A stretch of DNA of 60,478 bases, taken from the NCBI GenBank assembly GCA_022560655.1, contig JADFSS010000007.1, positions 1 to 60,478 on the forward strand, given 5' to 3'. How positions within the stretch are numbered: position 1 is the first letter of the stretch; the number at the start of each line of letters is the position of its first letter. Of this stretch, positions 58,813-60,478 are shown piece by piece. A program made the position numbers and the translations under genes. The notes below the pieces were generated by a model. That model had not been told where the DNA came from, did not search any database, and was given only the letters and a program-made list of their open reading frames with translations. The DNA comes from Fidelibacterota bacterium (GTDB taxonomy: Bacteria; Fidelibacterota; Marinisomatia; SCGC-AAA003-L08; TS1B11).

Positions 58813-59395
58813 GGGGTGCGTCCAGGACTTCTCGCAGTACCACCGCCTGCTGTAGCGGCGTCAACTCGGCTAGGAGGCTACGCCCCAGCAGGGGGTATTC
58901 CCAGTGCGAGCGGGGCGCTAGGTCAGCGATTTCGTAGGCATCCGCCGATACTGAATAGGCGCTCGTGGCGGTACGCCTTGGGCGCACCTTTTCCGGTTCC
59001 GGGGGCGGCTCGGGTTCGGGCTCAGGCTGGGCGGCCGGCTCGGCTTCATCAAACTCCGGCTGCATAACCTGCGGCGCAGGCTGCCTGCCTAGGCCCAGAC
59101 CGCGGAGAAAATCCTCCAGCGATGGCTCGCGCCTGAGCAAGGGTGGTGGTGCGGAGGGCTGGGGTGCTTCGAATCCCGGTTCGGGCCGCTCCGGCTCGAC
59201 AGACAGTGCCTCAGGCCCCGGCTCAACAGGAATGTCGGACGCAATGTCGGTTGCCACGGCAGATTGCTCTGCCTCGTAGGCGCTCCGCTGAGCTGCCTGA
59301 CGGGCCAGCGCCCGCTTTTTCCGGGCCTTGCCGCCCAATACTCTAGACAGCAGCCACCAGATAGCGACAATCCAGAAGATCGGATTGTCAAACAT
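58787..59395 (-). CDS. Hypothetical proline/glutamate-rich membrane-anchored protein (YqfB-like position downstream of floA)
   Basis: N-terminal transmembrane helix IFWIVAIWWLL, then a low-complexity PEPEPEPPPEPE region. Synteny only. Confidence 0.4.
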   Translation of the reverse strand: MFDNPIFWIVAIWWLLSRVLGGKARKKRALARQAAQRSAYEAEQSAVATDIASDIPVEPGPEALSVEPERPEPGFEAPQPSAPPPLLRREPSLEDFLRGLGLGRQPAPQVMQPEFDEAEPAAQPEPEPEPPPEPEKVRPRRTATSAYSVSADAYEIADLAPRSHWEYPLLGRSLLAELTPLQQAVVLREVLDAPRGLRRGIR

Positions 59396-59400
59396 CGCAG

Positions 59401-60423
59401 CTACTCCTTGGTTTCCGGTTCCTCTGGTCCGCCGGGAGCGCTCGTGCCCCGCTTGCCGGGCTCGGAAATAGACCGGCGCATCTCCGTGTCAGCCTGAACA
59501 TTCCGCATGTTCACATAGTCCATCACGCCCAAATTGCCTTCCCTGAACGCTTGTGCCATTGCCTTGGGCACCTCGGCCTCTGCCTCCACCACTTTGGCCC
59601 GCATTTCCTCGACCTTGGCCACAAACTCCTGTTCGGCCGCTACCGCCATGGCCCGCCGTGTTTCCGCCCTGGCCTGGGCAACTTTCAGGTCCGCCTCGGC
59701 CTGTTCCGTCTGCAGGTCGGCGCCAACATTCTTGTCCACGTCCACATCGGCAATGTCAATCGAGAGGATGGCGAAGGCCGTGCCCGCGTCCAGACTGCGA
59801 TCCAGTACCGCCCGCGATATCGTGTCCGGGTTTTCCAGCACGGCTTTGTAGTTTTCTGCCGAGCCAATGGCACTGACGATACCTTCCCCCACCCGGGCAA
59901 TCACGGTTTCCTCCGTAGCCCCGCCCACCAGCTGCGCAATATTGGTACGCACCGTAACACGCGCACGGACCTTCAGCTGAATGCCATCCTTGGCAACTGC
60001 TCGAATCGCGCCCGTTTTGGGGACATCGATCACCTTGGGATAGACGCTGGTCTGCACGGCCTCCTGTACGTCCCGTCCCGCCAGATCAATGGCCGTGGCC
60101 GTGGCGAAATCCAGCGGAATGTTGGCTTTGTTGGCGGCGATCATGGCGTTCACCACCCTCGGGAGCGAGCCGCCCGCAAGCACGTGCGTCTCCAGGTTCT
60201 CGGAGCTGATCTGCCGCAGACCTGCCCTGTGCAGGTTAATGATCCCGTGCACTACTTGGCGTGGAGGTATCCGGCGGACGCGCATGATGACCAGCTTGAT
60301 CAATGAGATCTGCCGCCAGCCGATGGTGACCAGCGCCTGGATCCACAATCCCACCGGCACAACATAAATGAATAGCAGGAACAGGATCAGGAAGATGGGA
60401 AGGATGAAGACGAGACTATTCAT
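59401..60423 (-). CDS. floA: Flotillin-like protein FloA (SPFH family, YqfA-type)
   Basis: [11 protein letters not shown]...[15 protein letters not shown] is the characteristic FloA N-terminus, and homology runs the full length. Confidence 0.8.
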   Translation of the reverse strand: MNSLVFILPIFLILFLLFIYVVPVGLWIQALVTIGWRQISLIKLVIMRVRRIPPRQVVHGIINLHRAGLRQISSENLETHVLAGGSLPRVVNAMIAANKANIPLDFATATAIDLAGRDVQEAVQTSVYPKVIDVPKTGAIRAVAKDGIQLKVRARVTVRTNIAQLVGGATEETVIARVGEGIVSAIGSAENYKAVLENPDTISRAVLDRSLDAGTAFAILSIDIADVDVDKNVGADLQTEQAEADLKVAQARAETRRAMAVAAEQEFVAKVEEMRAKVVEAEAEVPKAMAQAFREGNLGVMDYVNMRNVQADTEMRRSISEPGKRGTSAPGGPEEPETKE

Positions 60424-60478
60424 GAATAGGATAAGTTACGACAGCGGCGCCAACCATGGGAGTGGCTCGGGTATGCCT

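Noticed and set aside
1-60478. CRISPR arrays, rRNA genes, IS elements or transposases
   Set aside because: No short regularly spaced direct repeats, no rRNA-like stretches, and no transposase or integrase-like ORFs were found.

Overview
This is a 60.5-kb, high-GC (about 65%) bacterial chromosomal segment, densely coding on both strands. I call about 55 protein-coding genes and one tRNA-Arg(TCT). Shine-Dalgarno-like motifs sit upstream of many starts. The segment also encodes a secreted protein with a C-terminal Por/T9SS sorting domain next to a 1154-aa TonB-dependent receptor, which fits a T9SS-bearing FCB-group or Rhodothermota-like lineage. I cannot confirm that lineage from sequence alone.

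Gene content, left to right:
- a MacAB-type efflux operon (HlyD adaptor, ABC ATPase, FtsX permease)
- tRNA-Arg
- a SurA-like parvulin PPIase, a saccharopine dehydrogenase homolog and a SpoU/TrmH methyltransferase
- a ~1.5-kb low-GC islet with three unknown genes, one of them DUF4258
- an Lpd-like flavoprotein and an SRAP/YedK-family protein
- SPFH and DUF503 proteins
- an M28-PDZ peptidase translationally coupled to a PLP decarboxylase
- a glycerophosphodiester phosphodiesterase and a penicillin-acylase-family protein
- a frameshifted OsmC/YhfA gene
- a tandem USP next to a DASS transporter
- PBP1A, fumC, a CBS protein and korAB
- a selenocysteine-containing selD with an in-frame UGA
- two tandem M16 homologs that both lack the HxxEH zinc motif
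- etfBA plus a membrane Fe-S oxidoreductase
- the T9SS cargo and TonB receptor
- DUF3467 and zinc-ribbon proteins, an LbH protein and an M23 peptidase
- a nucleoside-salvage operon (rhomboid, cdd, udk, tdk, nupC, adk) followed by coaE
- an LPS-kinase-like protein, a SAM methyltransferase and floA

No CRISPR array, rRNA, transposase or integrase is recognisable. The observations I would look at first are:
- the UGA-containing selD, which ORF finders truncate
- the low-GC DUF4258 islet
- an SRAP with Ser in place of the catalytic Cys2
- two frameshifted genes
- the motif-less M16 pair
- a TonB receptor with calcium-binding-type acidic repeats

All functional calls come from recognising conserved motifs by eye. 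No database search was run.
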